A stretch of 64,000 nucleotides of DNA, taken from the NCBI GenBank assembly GCA_032718475.1, contig JAUCBJ010006450.1:1-64000 (forward strand), given 5' to 3'. Position 1 is the stretch's first letter, and each line of letters opens with the position of its first letter. This stretch comes from Nemertoderma westbladi (taxonomy: Eukaryota > Animalia > Xenacoelomorpha). Below the pieces are notes generated by a model. The model saw nothing but the letters and a program-made list of their open reading frames with translations, ran no database searches and was not told where the DNA came from. Below are positions 22,637 to 34,000 of the stretch, piece after piece. Position numbers and translations under genes: made by a program.

Positions 22637-25600
22637 CTAACTCTGTTTTGAGGCAGGAGACAAATTATAATCTCCCGTCTCGATACGTGTCTCCTCTAAT
22701 AACACAATATCTTGGACCGGTCGGTCCAAGGTGTGTAAACCATTAGTTTTACACTTCTTTGGGTGCGGACACTTGCACCTAATTTTCACAGTGACTGTGC
22801 GCACTATGTTTTGCACGTCTGGGTGTGTGTGCAAGATCACTCCAGTCTCCCAATATTTTCTCTTGACAATGGGTTCGGTTATCAACACGTAATCTCCCCT
22901 TTGGAGACTCCGAACCGTTTTGTACCACTTTGTTCTGGTGGATATGGTGGGAAGATAGTATTCCCGCCAATATTCCCAGAATGTGTACGCGACAAATTGA
23001 GTCATTTTCCAGCTTTTACGACTATATAGGTCGGCACTAATGGGTTCTGATGCCGGCACAAGAAATGCTGGACTCTGCATTAGCAAATGATTCGGCGTTA
23101 ATGCAACACCGTCTGGCAACATAGCTATCGGCCTCGAGTTTAGGGTATGCTCGATTTCAATGAAAGCTGTGACCAGTTCGTCGTCGGTAAGTTGTTTGTT
23201 CACAGGCAATGTTTTGGCAATGGCCTGCTTCACAGAGCGAACCAAACGCTCCCAACTTCCTCCTCTCCAAGGACTTTCTGGAGTATTGAATCTCCATTCT
23301 ACTCGTTGCGGCAAAAGTGCTGCAGAAATTTCCTTATTCTGTGCCGCTTTATGAGCCGCGTTCAACTCGCTATTCCCTCCGACAAAGTTTGTACCCTTAT
23401 CGGAGTAAAACGCCTTTACTAGTCCTCTCCTGGCCATAAATCTCTTCAAGGCCAGGAGCAGAGATTTGGTCGACATGTCTGCCACACGCTCGATATGTAT
23501 GGCTCTACTCGCCATACATGTCAGTAGCAGACCCCATCGCTTGTGGGTCAGCCGTCCACTCTTTGCTTCAATCGGACCAAAACAGTCCACCCCTGTATTC
23601 GTAAAGGGTGGGTCATATGCCTGCACTCTCGCCTCCGGGAGTTCAGCCATCTCCTGTTCCAATACTCTGGCGTTCACCCTTTTGCAAACCAGACAGGCGT
23701 CGTACATAGTGCCTACTGCCCTGCTTGGCTGCAATAGAATGAATCGCTGTCTCGCTGCCGACAAACAGTGTAACTTTCCCGCGTGATGCAACCTCTTATG
23801 TATATCCCATAGAATCGCTCTTTGCAATTCTATTGGGTGACTAGGGATTATCACTGGGAACCGAAACTGTGAGTTTATGTCGACAGTCTGGATTCTCGAT
23901 CTATGACAAATCAAACCCTTATGGATTAACGGACTCCATTTTCTAAGGGGTTTATAGAGAACTAGTCGTTGAGCCGATAATAGATGGAATTCTTTAGGGA
24001 AGGCACACATTTGATAATGCTTCAAATGCTTTAATTCCGCTTGATCAATCTCATCCTCTGTCAGAGGTTGTTTCAATTTCCGAATTCGCTCACTATTGGT
24101 GCTCAATGGTTCTCTCAAATGTTTCGAATGTTTTAAACAAAGGTACGAAACGTATCGGCTTAACCACGCAGTTCTTTTACAAATTGTCAGCCAAGAGGCA
24201 GACGAATTTAGTAATTTTTCATAAACACTGCATGACTCTAATGCCAGCGACGGTTGTCCGCTAACCAATGGAAGTTTCGAATCCAAACCCGCAGGTTTGG
24301 AAACCAAAGGATCCATTGTGTCGGTCAATTTCTGTCCGTCACTTACCAACTGTGACTGCTGTCCAGTCTGTAAGGGTGGTTTTATGTCATAACTTACCCT
24401 TCCGGACCTAGTAGTCACGTAAGTCTGTTGGTCTGACAGGTCTCCAGGCCGCTCCAATGACTCTTCAGGCCGCTCCAATGACTCTTCAGGCCGCTCCAAT
24501 GACTTAAGTTTGGCTTTAGACTTCGACTTAGAGACTTTCTCCACCTTGACTTCTGCATCTTCAGGCATCGGATTGGTCACTATCTTTAGTTGCTCTGGCC
24601 AATGTTCCTGTGTCCTCGTTAGAAAATCAGGTCCATGCAACCAAAACTCCTGCGACTCTTCCTGACAGAATTCCGCCGGCATTGCGCCTCTCGAAGTTAT
24701 GTCGGCCGGGTTCAACACTCCCGGACAATGTCTCCATTGTTCCTTCGTCGAAAAGTCAACGATCTGAGCGCGTCTGTTGGCCACAAATGTCTTTAGTGCA
24801 ATATTGTCGGCCGCAATGTATACTAACACCAAGGATGCGTCCGTCCAATAGAATAAGGTCAATGTCGTGTCTAATTCCTCTGTTATTTGCTTACTTACCT
24901 CGACCGAAACTACAGCCGCCTGTAACTCTGCACGAGGGACAGTCATGTATTTGACCGGCATTGTCTTTGATCTAGAAGTCACAAAGGCCGTCTCAAACTT
25001 GTCCTGACTTACCTCTCGGCGAAGGTAGGCTACCATACCAAAGCCGGTGTCACTTGCGTCACTGAATAGATGGAGTTCGAGATCAGCTGGAAATACCAGC
25101 TGATTCGGAAAGTAGGAACGGGGTACATCTATGTTTTTCAATAGATGCAACTCGGCTTCCCACTCCCTCCACTGCTTTGCATGTATAGGAGATATTGGTT
25201 CGTCCCACTCTACGTCGGACAACCAAATTTTCCTCATGCACGCTCGTGCCTGTAATATAACCGGACTGATAAAGTTCATCGGGTCAAATAGTCTACTTAA
25301 AGTCGATAAGCAAATCCTCTTAGTCAAAACTTTGTCTGGGCTACTGGGCTCAAATCTAACTCTTACCTGGAACTTATCTGAGTTCGGGTTCCAAGCGAGT
25401 CCCAGTACTCGCGCCATGGGGATTGGTTCTACCCCCAATTCTATGTCTCCGCTCCCGCGATCTTTTACCGGGAACGACTCTAATAGGGCCTCCGAGTTAG
25501 TAGTGAACTTGGTCAGAGGAAATCCCCCTGTAGCCAAGCACTCATGCAGGCCGTGAGCCACTTCTATGGCTTGTTCCGCTGTGTCCTTGGACACCAATCC

Positions 25601-28600
25601 GTCGTCCATATAGAAGTTTCTCAAGATGGACTCGATCACCTCTATTGGGTACTTACCAATCTGGGCTGTTGCCGTTTTCTTTAGAACGAACAGCGTGCCA
25701 TTCGGACTATCGCGGGCGCCAAATATCCTAACGTACATTTGGTATGTAACCACTGGGCCGGATAAGTCTTCATTCTCGTACCAGAGAAAGCGAAGGCTAT
25801 CCTGGTCTGCCTTACAGGCTCTTACCTGGTGGAACATCGCCTCGATGTCACAAGTAAATGCGAATCGCCGCTGTCTAAAACGTAACAGTATTCCAATCAA
25901 ATAGTTATTCAGGTTGGGACCATCCATCAACTCTGAATTCAGGGACATACCTCTATAGACTGCTGCGCAGTCGTTGACTACTCGGACTTTGTCAGGTTTG
26001 TCAGGGTGAGTCACATAGTGGTGTGGAAGGTAATAAGTCTGGTCTGTCACTGAGTCAGGGTCCTCTACCTTCCCAGCAAATCCCTTGGCGAAATAGTTGT
26101 TGATCTGGGCGCAATACTTCTCCCTAATGTCTGGATTCTTCAACAACCGAGCCCTTACTCCGTTCAATCTTTTCAAGGCTAAGTTGTAGTTGTTCTCCAA
26201 CTTAGGTGGTTGTCGACGCCACAACATTCCAACTTCAAAATGTCCAGTCGGTAGCAGACGTATGGTATCTTCCATCATCTCCAACGACCGCTTCTCATCA
26301 GTAGACATGGCTAGGTCATATCCACCGGGTTCCATTGCGTCCCTATCCAGCCATTCGGCGGTTCTGGCTCCTGTCTCGAGGTCCTGGCGTATCAATTCCT
26401 TCTGTAATTCCTCCCCACTGTACTGGAAAATGTCTAGGTCTCGATATTTAGCCACTTGACCCTGCACTATGTCTGTATAAGTCAAAACGTTAGTCAGATA
26501 GGTAGCGTGGGCCGCTGAACCAGACCCACGGGTCTGATAACAGTAGTCCTCGGGTTCACTATCTGTCCGGTCATTGTGCAGTGGTTCCGACAACCTAACA
26601 TTATCGGGAATCAACTCCTCGTCCGACTCGCTAAAGTCACTATAGTGGTCAATACAGGTTCTCCTAAACTCGTCTATGTCTGGTGGTTCTACTAACGGTG
26701 GTTGAGTTATAGGCTGTAATTCGTCGTATCTGTCCATTGGCTTGTCGCCACCTGTAAACTCATAAGACATGGGTACTCGTGTATACCAACCTAATATAGT
26801 CCTATGGGCATGCGGTCCATTGACATGCGGCTCAGCTGGTCTCGTTTCCCATATTTGGTGTGCGATCAGCTGTTCTGCACCAATCAACATAGAAACATTC
26901 CTATAACCTACCTGATGTCTCGGTATCCTGAGCTTGTCAAAATACTCCTGTGCTATGGGACTCATCGGCGGCACCTTACCTAATTGCCTGCCGAACCCCT
27001 TCATAGCTAGACACTTAAATCCGTCCAATGGCAAAGCTTTCCGTTCTTGTCGAGTATGTTGGTCTCTCGGAAGTAGGGAATCTAGTTCTACCGAAATTCT
27101 GTGTCCCTTGAGGTCTCCTACCCCATGCATAGACTTCAACTCTATTTGGATCTCCTCGGCGTCCTGGAAGCTAGAAACGGCTCTCGCCACTTCCTCGTCG
27201 ATATAGGATAATGTGGACGCAGTGTCCAACATCACATATATTCGCTTCGATCCCTTATCGCCAGTGAGTTTCACCGGAATCACGCTAAATATTTCCGACG
27301 TGGCCGATGATAAATACGTCCGCGCGCTGGTCGATGAACTATCCGCGGTGAAACCTTGGCAGGTCACTTCTCTCGCGCTCGACTCGCCATCCTCGTCCGA
27401 CGAACCTGGTTGGTAACCATCGTCCTGGATGCCAGTGTACGTATTCCTCCTTATCGATATGGGTTCTTTGCTCCCCTTCCTGTGAGGATTTCGCTGTAAG
27501 TAACGGTCCGTTGGGGTATGGAAATCCGCATGTAGCAACTTGTGATGTAGTCTGCCGCATTCCATGCATCCGTCCTTGCTGTTCGGGCACTGCCGCCGTA
27601 CATGACCTGGCGCAAGACATGCCCAACAGGTGTCCAACGTCCGCACTTGAACTCTTCTCTGTTCCGAATTTAATTCTTTGAACCGTCTGCAACTATCTAA
27701 CTTATGATCGTCAGATCTCACCTCCTTTAGTAAACAGTATTGGCAACCTACAAATCCATCCGGCAACTCCTGTTGCTTTAACCTAGGTCTATCTAACCGC
27801 TCACCTGACCATACTCGCGAGTCTGATCTAAAGGCTGGGGTACTCGAATTATATCTGTCTACTGAGTTAAATGTCACAGTGGTCCTGTCATCGTCAAAAC
27901 TTACCATAGACTTACCGGTAACAGGTTTAGACTCCCTCATATTCTCTTCTGAGAAGTTTGATTTCATCTCTGCTACTGCGTCTGTGGCTATCATGTCATG
28001 AATATGCTGAAGTGTCAACACCTTACCTTGGCCCTCCAACTTATTCTCTAATTTGCGCCATTTCTGTCTGTAACGCATGTTTAGACGTCTTATTACGCTC
28101 TTTAAAACTTCGGCGTGATCACCATGATGAGGTAGATTCACCGTCCTCAAGATGTCCAATGCGTTCGAAATAGCGTTCGCTAAGTTCAACAGCTCTAACG
28201 GAGTTGTAATCCTTCCGCCCTTACCCAAGTCTTCTACTATCGACTGCGCCATCTTCGTTTTATTCCCGTAGATGTCACTAAGCGTCTTCATCGCTAACTC
28301 GAATGCTCTTTCGTTGCCGACGAAGTTATCAGCAATGGCTCTAGGTTCTCGATGGAGCATTTGAAGCAAATAGTTGAACTTCTCGTTGGGAGTAAAGGTG
28401 CTGTTGGTTAGCTGCTCGTCGACATAGGTTTTAAAGGTCCTCCAATGCTTATGGTTGCCCATAAACCTCTGGGGTTGTTGCGTCGGCAGTCCTTGCCTAG
28501 CAGCAAACTTACCTATGTCCCTAAGGGTTGCGTCGTTCCGGGTTAACAAATGGTTTAGTTCTGCAGGGTTGTTAAGTCTGGTCCTTTCCCGGTGGTTCAA

Positions 28601-30325
28601 ACTTACCTGCTCCGCGTCGGTCCTTCTTTCCTTATAGTTTCGGGACTTCTGACGTCTCATGTCTTCCTCTTCATCGCTTGACTCGGTGTCAGTCCTTAGC
28701 GCTCGCGATGGTTTGCGTGCCGAGGCCCTGACCCAAGCCTCCTCAATAAATCTTTCAGCCGAATTTTCGAAATTGGGATTATGGATATTCGGGACAGGCG
28801 TCCTTACCTGAGGTCTATGTGGTATAGTCTCCTCCGATATGCGTACTCGTTGACTAGGCTGGACTTTATCTAACTCAGGCCTGCTAGGATTTGAATTACT
28901 TCTTACCTGGGCTGCTTCCTTTAACCGTAGGTTGCTAAGCATGTCCGTTATAGGTTGGATGTGCGGCGATATAGCTTGCGCTAAACTAGCACTTAACTCA
29001 TCTCTCGTAATAAATTCCTGGCTAGGGTTCTGTTGTATAGTCGGCTCTATCTGAGTAATCCGCTGTCTCTCATATAATCCCTCTTCCGGTTTAACCCGGA
29101 AGTTCTCCGTCGAACTGGGTCGGCGCTCTGTCCGCGTATTCCAAACCCGCGGGTTCGGTTCGCCAAGTACTCGTCCTGTCGGAGTTTCTCTAAACTCTCC
29201 GTTGTCGCGTTCGGTATATAGTGGTGCGGTGTTCCGATGACGTAGATCCTGAGCGATGGGTGAAGCACCAATACCAACTGGCGTGCGATATGTAGAGAAC
29301 GGTTTAGCGATCCGTGTACTCGTAATAGCTGGACCGGGTATAGGAATTCTGGTCATCGTCGACTCGCGTATAGTCGGAGTTCTCGCTTCCTGTTCGGCCT
29401 TCTGCAGTGCGAACAGTTCTCGCAACTCAGTCCCTACACTCGCCCCACATTCTTCGATCATTCGCATCCCCTTCTCGGCGATTTCGTTCGCCTTCCTAGT
29501 CCGTTCTTCGCTCTCTAAACTTAATCTCGCACTTTCCAACTGTGCCAGTTTACGTTCTTCTTCTTCCCTCGCTCGTCGTGCTGCGCTCTCTTCTTCCACT
29601 CGCGCCTTTTCTTCATACAATGCGCGTCTTCTTTTTTTGATCTCGAGTTCGCGTTCCTTGCGTCCGCGTTCGAGTTGAAGCTCGCGCTCCTTCTGTTCAC
29701 GATCGAGTTTCTTGCGTTCGCGTTCGGCTTGGAGTTCGCGTTTCTTCGCTTCCTGTTCGCGTTCGAGTTGGAGCTCGCGTTTCTTCGCTTCCCGCTCGCA
29801 TTCAAGTTGGAGTTCGCGTTCTCTCTGTTCGCGTTCGAGTTCCTCGCGCTCGCGCTCGGCTTGAAGTTCGCGTTCCCTTTGCTCGCGTTCCGCTCGCTCG
29901 CGCTTACTTATCTCTTCCAACTCTCGTAACTCTGCGTCCAACTTACGTGTGCGCTCCCGTTCCCGCTCGGCTTCCTTCCGTGCTTCCTGTGCACGCAAAA
30001 CTTCCGCCTGTTGTTCGTCCAGTCGGCGTCTTCTTTCCTCCGCCGAGTTGTGAGAAACAAGGGATCTAGCACATATAACTTTACCTCGCGCGTGACTAAC
30101 CTGGGAATCGCCGCTGTCTCTAGATGCATCGTCGGGTGGAGTCAACGTCCTCTGTTGGATGTTCTCCGTCATCGGTAGCACCTGACCTGGTACCACCACT
30201 CCATTCTGCATCAGCCAGCTAGTAACTTCCCTCTGATAACGGCGCTCTTCTTTATCTTGCGTCTCTTCACGCTCCACTAAGTCTCTTAACTCTGCGTCAC
30301 TCACTTGAGTCGCCTTGATGCCCAT
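22637..30325 (-). CDS. Bel/Pao Gag-Pol polyprotein
   Basis: DUF1759-like gag (FMGNHKHWRTF, EKFNYL); three Cys/His knuckles ending CMECGRLHHKLLH; protease LDTAS; RT YLPHH, DIEAMFHQV, FYMDD; RNase H FSDAS, PRAEL, WTDAS, NPAD; integrase HHCC, VDCFGP, SDKGTNF, WERLVRSVK; C-terminal FWEYWREYYL. Confidence 0.97.
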   Translation of the reverse strand: MGIKATQVSDAELRDLVEREETQDKEERRYQREVTSWLMQNGVVVPGQVLPMTENIQQRTLTPPDDASRDSGDSQVSHARGKVICARSLVSHNSAEERRRRLDEQQAEVLRAQEARKEAERERERTRKLDAELRELEEISKRERAEREQRERELQAEREREELEREQRERELQLECEREAKKRELQLEREQEAKKRELQAERERKKLDREQKERELQLERGRKERELEIKKRRRALYEEKARVEEESAARRAREEEERKLAQLESARLSLESEERTRKANEIAEKGMRMIEECGASVGTELRELFALQKAEQEARTPTIRESTMTRIPIPGPAITSTRIAKPFSTYRTPVGIGASPIAQDLRHRNTAPLYTERDNGEFRETPTGRVLGEPNPRVWNTRTERRPSSTENFRVKPEEGLYERQRITQIEPTIQQNPSQEFITRDELSASLAQAISPHIQPITDMLSNLRLKEAAQVRSNSNPSRPELDKVQPSQRVRISEETIPHRPQVRTPVPNIHNPNFENSAERFIEEAWVRASARKPSRALRTDTESSDEEEDMRRQKSRNYKERRTDAEQVSLNHRERTRLNNPAELNHLLTRNDATLRDIGKFAARQGLPTQQPQRFMGNHKHWRTFKTYVDEQLTNSTFTPNEKFNYLLQMLHREPRAIADNFVGNERAFELAMKTLSDIYGNKTKMAQSIVEDLGKGGRITTPLELLNLANAISNALDILRTVNLPHHGDHAEVLKSVIRRLNMRYRQKWRKLENKLEGQGKVLTLQHIHDMIATDAVAEMKSNFSEENMRESKPVTGKSMVSFDDDRTTVTFNSVDRYNSSTPAFRSDSRVWSGERLDRPRLKQQELPDGFVGCQYCLLKEVRSDDHKLDSCRRFKELNSEQRRVQVRTLDTCWACLAPGHVRRQCPNSKDGCMECGRLHHKLLHADFHTPTDRYLQRNPHRKGSKEPISIRRNTYTGIQDDGYQPGSSDEDGESSAREVTCQGFTADSSSTSARTYLSSATSEIFSVIPVKLTGDKGSKRIYVMLDTASTLSYIDEEVARAVSSFQDAEEIQIELKSMHGVGDLKGHRISVELDSLLPRDQHTRQERKALPLDGFKCLAMKGFGRQLGKVPPMSPIAQEYFDKLRIPRHQVGYRNVSMLIGAEQLIAHQIWETRPAEPHVNGPHAHRTILGWYTRVPMSYEFTGGDKPMDRYDELQPITQPPLVEPPDIDEFRRTCIDHYSDFSESDEELIPDNVRLSEPLHNDRTDSEPEDYCYQTRGSGSAAHATYLTNVLTYTDIVQGQVAKYRDLDIFQYSGEELQKELIRQDLETGARTAEWLDRDAMEPGGYDLAMSTDEKRSLEMMEDTIRLLPTGHFEVGMLWRRQPPKLENNYNLALKRLNGVRARLLKNPDIREKYCAQINNYFAKGFAGKVEDPDSVTDQTYYLPHHYVTHPDKPDKVRVVNDCAAVYRGMSLNSELMDGPNLNNYLIGILLRFRQRRFAFTCDIEAMFHQVRACKADQDSLRFLWYENEDLSGPVVTYQMYVRIFGARDSPNGTLFVLKKTATAQIGKYPIEVIESILRNFYMDDGLVSKDTAEQAIEVAHGLHECLATGGFPLTKFTTNSEALLESFPVKDRGSGDIELGVEPIPMARVLGLAWNPNSDKFQVRVRFEPSSPDKVLTKRICLSTLSRLFDPMNFISPVILQARACMRKIWLSDVEWDEPISPIHAKQWREWEAELHLLKNIDVPRSYFPNQLVFPADLELHLFSDASDTGFGMVAYLRREVSQDKFETAFVTSRSKTMPVKYMTVPRAELQAAVVSVEVSKQITEELDTTLTLFYWTDASLVLVYIAADNIALKTFVANRRAQIVDFSTKEQWRHCPGVLNPADITSRGAMPAEFCQEESQEFWLHGPDFLTRTQEHWPEQLKIVTNPMPEDAEVKVEKVSKSKSKAKLKSLERPEESLERPEESLERPGDLSDQQTYVTTRSGRVSYDIKPPLQTGQQSQLVSDGQKLTDTMDPLVSKPAGLDSKLPLVSGQPSLALESCSVYEKLLNSSASWLTICKRTAWLSRYVSYLCLKHSKHLREPLSTNSERIRKLKQPLTEDEIDQAELKHLKHYQMCAFPKEFHLLSAQRLVLYKPLRKWSPLIHKGLICHRSRIQTVDINSQFRFPVIIPSHPIELQRAILWDIHKRLHHAGKLHCLSAARQRFILLQPSRAVGTMYDACLVCKRVNARVLEQEMAELPEARVQAYDPPFTNTGVDCFGPIEAKSGRLTHKRWGLLLTCMASRAIHIERVADMSTKSLLLALKRFMARRGLVKAFYSDKGTNFVGGNSELNAAHKAAQNKEISAALLPQRVEWRFNTPESPWRGGSWERLVRSVKQAIAKTLPVNKQLTDDELVTAFIEIEHTLNSRPIAMLPDGVALTPNHLLMQSPAFLVPASEPISADLYSRKSWKMTQFVAYTFWEYWREYYLPTISTRTKWYKTVRSLQRGDYVLITEPIVKRKYWETGVILHTHPDVQNIVRTVTVKIRCKCPHPKKCKTNGLHTLDRPVQDIVLLEETRIETGDYNLSPASKQS

Positions 30326-31044
30326 AGCAGCCAGTTCTCCGTCCTAACTCGTCGAAATCGCTCCGATAACTCGCGGTGCTCCAACAAGGCTGCTAAAACC
30401 CTGTCGTAAATCCTCGTCGCCACGTCGCTCGACTGAGACTCCACTGCCTTCTTCGCTAGGACTGCAAGCTCCTCCGTCTGCTTGAATAACGCTGAGTTAT
30501 ATCCTCTTCTAACCTCTACTAACTCTACCCTCCCGATGTTCGCTGAGTCGGCTAACATCTTCCTTACCTTATCCGTCGTCCGAGTTATATGTCCGGCGTG
30601 CGCGCGAAGTTTCTTCTTTATCACGATATCGAACTCTCTATCACTCACCTGACTTACACTCGGTGGACTTGAAGGATTATTTCGGGAACTACGGGTACTC
30701 CTTGCAGCCGTCGGGACCACGGCACTTACCATACCCACAGGTCTGGAAACCGGGCTCCGGGCTCTCGCTTCTGCTACACTACTCTCCCTATCACTCACCT
30801 CTGTCCGGGCTGCTGTACAGTCCTTCCTATCAGTAGTGGTAGGGGATCCTAATACTATTACTTGAGGTTGCTGTTCTTCCTCACTAGTCACTGTCTCGTC
30901 CTCCTGTTCACTTACGTCAGCGTCGCTCGCTGCGTCGTCATAGTCGGCATTGTCGTCAACAGTAATGTTTACGCTATCGTCAGTCGGCGGTCCGGCCGCC
31001 GTCTCGTAGCTGTCCTCTAGTGCCTCCTTGTCTGAGACACTCAT
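30301..31044 (-). CDS. N-terminal Gag segment, separated from the polyprotein by a -1 frameshift
   Basis: ATG at 31044 (MSVSDKEALED..., acidic then helical); overlaps the start of the 2562-aa frame. Confidence 0.7.
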   Translation of the reverse strand: MSVSDKEALEDSYETAAGPPTDDSVNITVDDNADYDDAASDADVSEQEDETVTSEEEQQPQVIVLGSPTTTDRKDCTAARTEVSDRESSVAEARARSPVSRPVGMVSAVVPTAARSTRSSRNNPSSPPSVSQVSDREFDIVIKKKLRAHAGHITRTTDKVRKMLADSANIGRVELVEVRRGYNSALFKQTEELAVLAKKAVESQSSDVATRIYDRVLAALLEHRELSERFRRVRTENWLLWASRRLK

Positions 31045-34000
31045 AGTCCAAATAATGTTTGCCTTCCGGCAAAATATCTCGCAAAGGTTCGAGATATAAT
31101 TATAATTTAACCGAAATACGGTCAAATTATTTGTCAAATAATCAGTTGGTCCAAAATGTCAAATAAATTCGCAATGCAATATTGTGAATTTAATGGGGTA
31201 TATAGTTATAGCAAATACTAACACAATATTTAAACAAAAATATTATTATATAGCTACTATATAGTATTAAATACCGGTATAGCACAAAATAACTCTGAAT
31301 CTAATACAAAATATTCAAAATATACTTGCCGCCCGAATATTTCTAATTTTATATATATAGCTCTAATCAACGTAATTTTAATTTCAAATATTATATGTAT
31401 CCACTAGCGCGTGGCTACATCTTCGGGTTGCGACTCTCTCTAACTCTCTCTCTAACTTGAGCGATTCAAAAAACCATGGCCGGCTAAACCTAAATATCCT
31501 AACTAATAAATTGAGTTCAGCTTCGCAGTTAAACAACCGATAATTTTTTACTGCTTCCACAAACACACTGGTGCCAACAGAACAACTAACCTTGTTTGCT
31601 GTGAGATTCCACGTCCGCGTCCAAAGATTCAGGCCCTTCGCTGATTGCAAACCGAACCCGCAGACCCACACGAACCCCAAACTCAGAAGTTCCGTCTTGC
31701 CATGTATCTCCAGATGGTATAAAATAACTAAGCGGTTACCTAACATACCGGTACAAAACTCTAGAATTTTACAAATAATTTTGACCGAAACTGAATTCTC
31801 GCAAACCTAGCTAAAATTTTCAAAAAACTTACTAATTACAGTTTGCCCTAAGGCCTAAGGAACTGCTGTATTCGCAATTAGCAAAACGTACTACCGTACA
31901 TCCACTGTATGCAGTACAGTAAGTAAAACAGTACACCAACCTAACAGCCTAATGATACTGTATGTGGTACGGCAAACAAATGTCCTTCTACCGTACGCAG
32001 TAACAGCAATCAGCCTAATGTACTACTGTACTATCGTACGCAACCAGTGAATACAGTAATCTAAACTAACAGCCTAAGAATACACTCAATGTCTTACTGT
32101 ACGCTAGCCTATAGCCTACAGCAGACGATCACGTGCTCTAATTTATTACTTAATACTGTGATACTACTAATCAGCCTAAGAATACACTATTGACCGCTGC
32201 AAGCAACAGCCAATAAACGCGTATTACTGATACGAAGTATCAGTAATCTAAACTAACAGCCTAAGAATACACTATTGACTGCTGTAAGCAACAGCCAATA
32301 AAGCGCGTATTACTGATACGAAGTATCAGTAATCTAAACTAACAGCCTAAGAATACTCTATTTACTGTACGCTACAGCCTACAGCAAACAAAAGCGCGTA
32401 TTACTGATAAACAACCGCGACCTCTATACTAACAGCAGAACTGTTGAACAGACCAATACCCGTTAATATCCTTCTGCCAACCTAATAAGCTCTCGCCTAT
32501 CCAATAAGACACAAAGACTGCTCTACTGTTAAGTAAAGGGGATCAGGAGCGTGCTATTACTAAATTGTAAGGGTTGCTAAATACAAAACCGTTACCGTTG
32601 GATGGCGCTAATCTGCCGTCTGCTAATATATTTTACTAAATTTACACAACTCCTGCAAAATCGCTTGTTCCTTTCTCTACCTATTGCTCAATAGAGAGCT
32701 AACTGTTCGAATTTATGAGCCACGCAGGAATAACCAAAACAATAAACCCGAGTCGGCTCCCTAAGCTTACTTAAGACGAGTGCGAGAGGCCTTGCACTCA
32801 GAGTATTCTTACGCCTAATTCTATCACTATTAAAGCACGCTATTACCTACGTCTTTCTAATCGCGAATACTGGAGGTTCCCTAACATAATGTGTGAATGC
32901 GAGAATATTTAAAATAATCAAAATGATACAGTAACTGTTTCTACGTGGATAGTACCACTCCGAGTCTAAAACTGCCCGCGGCTGGCTTTAGGCCAGCAAA
33001 ACTACTAGCGTATCGTGCGTACCGAATAGTGCGTTCTAGCTGATTGCCCGCTAATGCAAATAACCGCTCAGCGTGAATAGTTTACAGTACACTAATTATT
33101 ACCTTAGCTACTCTCCGCTATGCTGCGTACTAATTCTTAATTTTTACTAATTAATTACAGTCACAAATATTTAACAGCGTACTAATTACTAAGAGTTCCA
33201 GAATACGTAATTCTAATTTATCACGCAACAGGTTTCGCTAGTAATAGCCTAAATTGCCGTATTACTTTGACCTAATCAGTAACTAATTATTGTAACTAAG
33301 AAATAGAAATCAATCAAAGGGAAAAGAGCGCCTATCTAAGCATTCGTAATCTTAGGCACACTTCAATAACACACCAATCAGCGTTAGAAATCACAGTTTA
33401 CAATTGTGCAATTCACTACTCGTACTCCACACTCAACGTTATAATACGCGCAGGCCTCTCCCGGATACATCTAGGATTCCTAACTAACCCAATTCCTGCC
33501 CCCCTAATACTAAATAGAGACAAAACCTGGATCATCAGCCCCCTAGATACTGTACCAGCGATTGGTCTGCGTGCCGCAGTGCAAGATACCCGCCCGCAAC
33601 GGTGACCCTGGCCAGCGTAGCCCGCTTTGAATCCTCCGCTCTCTCCTAGTCGCTCAACCCCCCGATGCGCCCACCGCCCACTGGCACCTTAGCCCTCCAT
33701 GATGCTAATAGCTACCGTAGCGGCGCATGCAAATCACAAAGTCTGACAGTCTCAGAAATCCCTTAGGATTATTGCGCAGAAAGGAATCACATAGAACCAT
33801 TAATCAAAAGGTAGAAATCATAGTTCAGTTGTAATTAGCAGTAATCGAAGGAATTATTGAGAAACACAAGCAAAGTAATCGCACTAGCAAATCATTCCAA
33901 GAAATTAATCAAAATTAGCAAATTGCAGAAAATACGATATCCTAATACAAAATTAGAGACAGCTCAGCAAGTAAATTGTAACAGGGGTGTGTCATGTGAT

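Noticed and set aside
24447-24503. 21-bp repeat (SLERPEE x3) in pol
   Set aside because: An ordinary in-frame slippage expansion in the RNase H-integrase linker.
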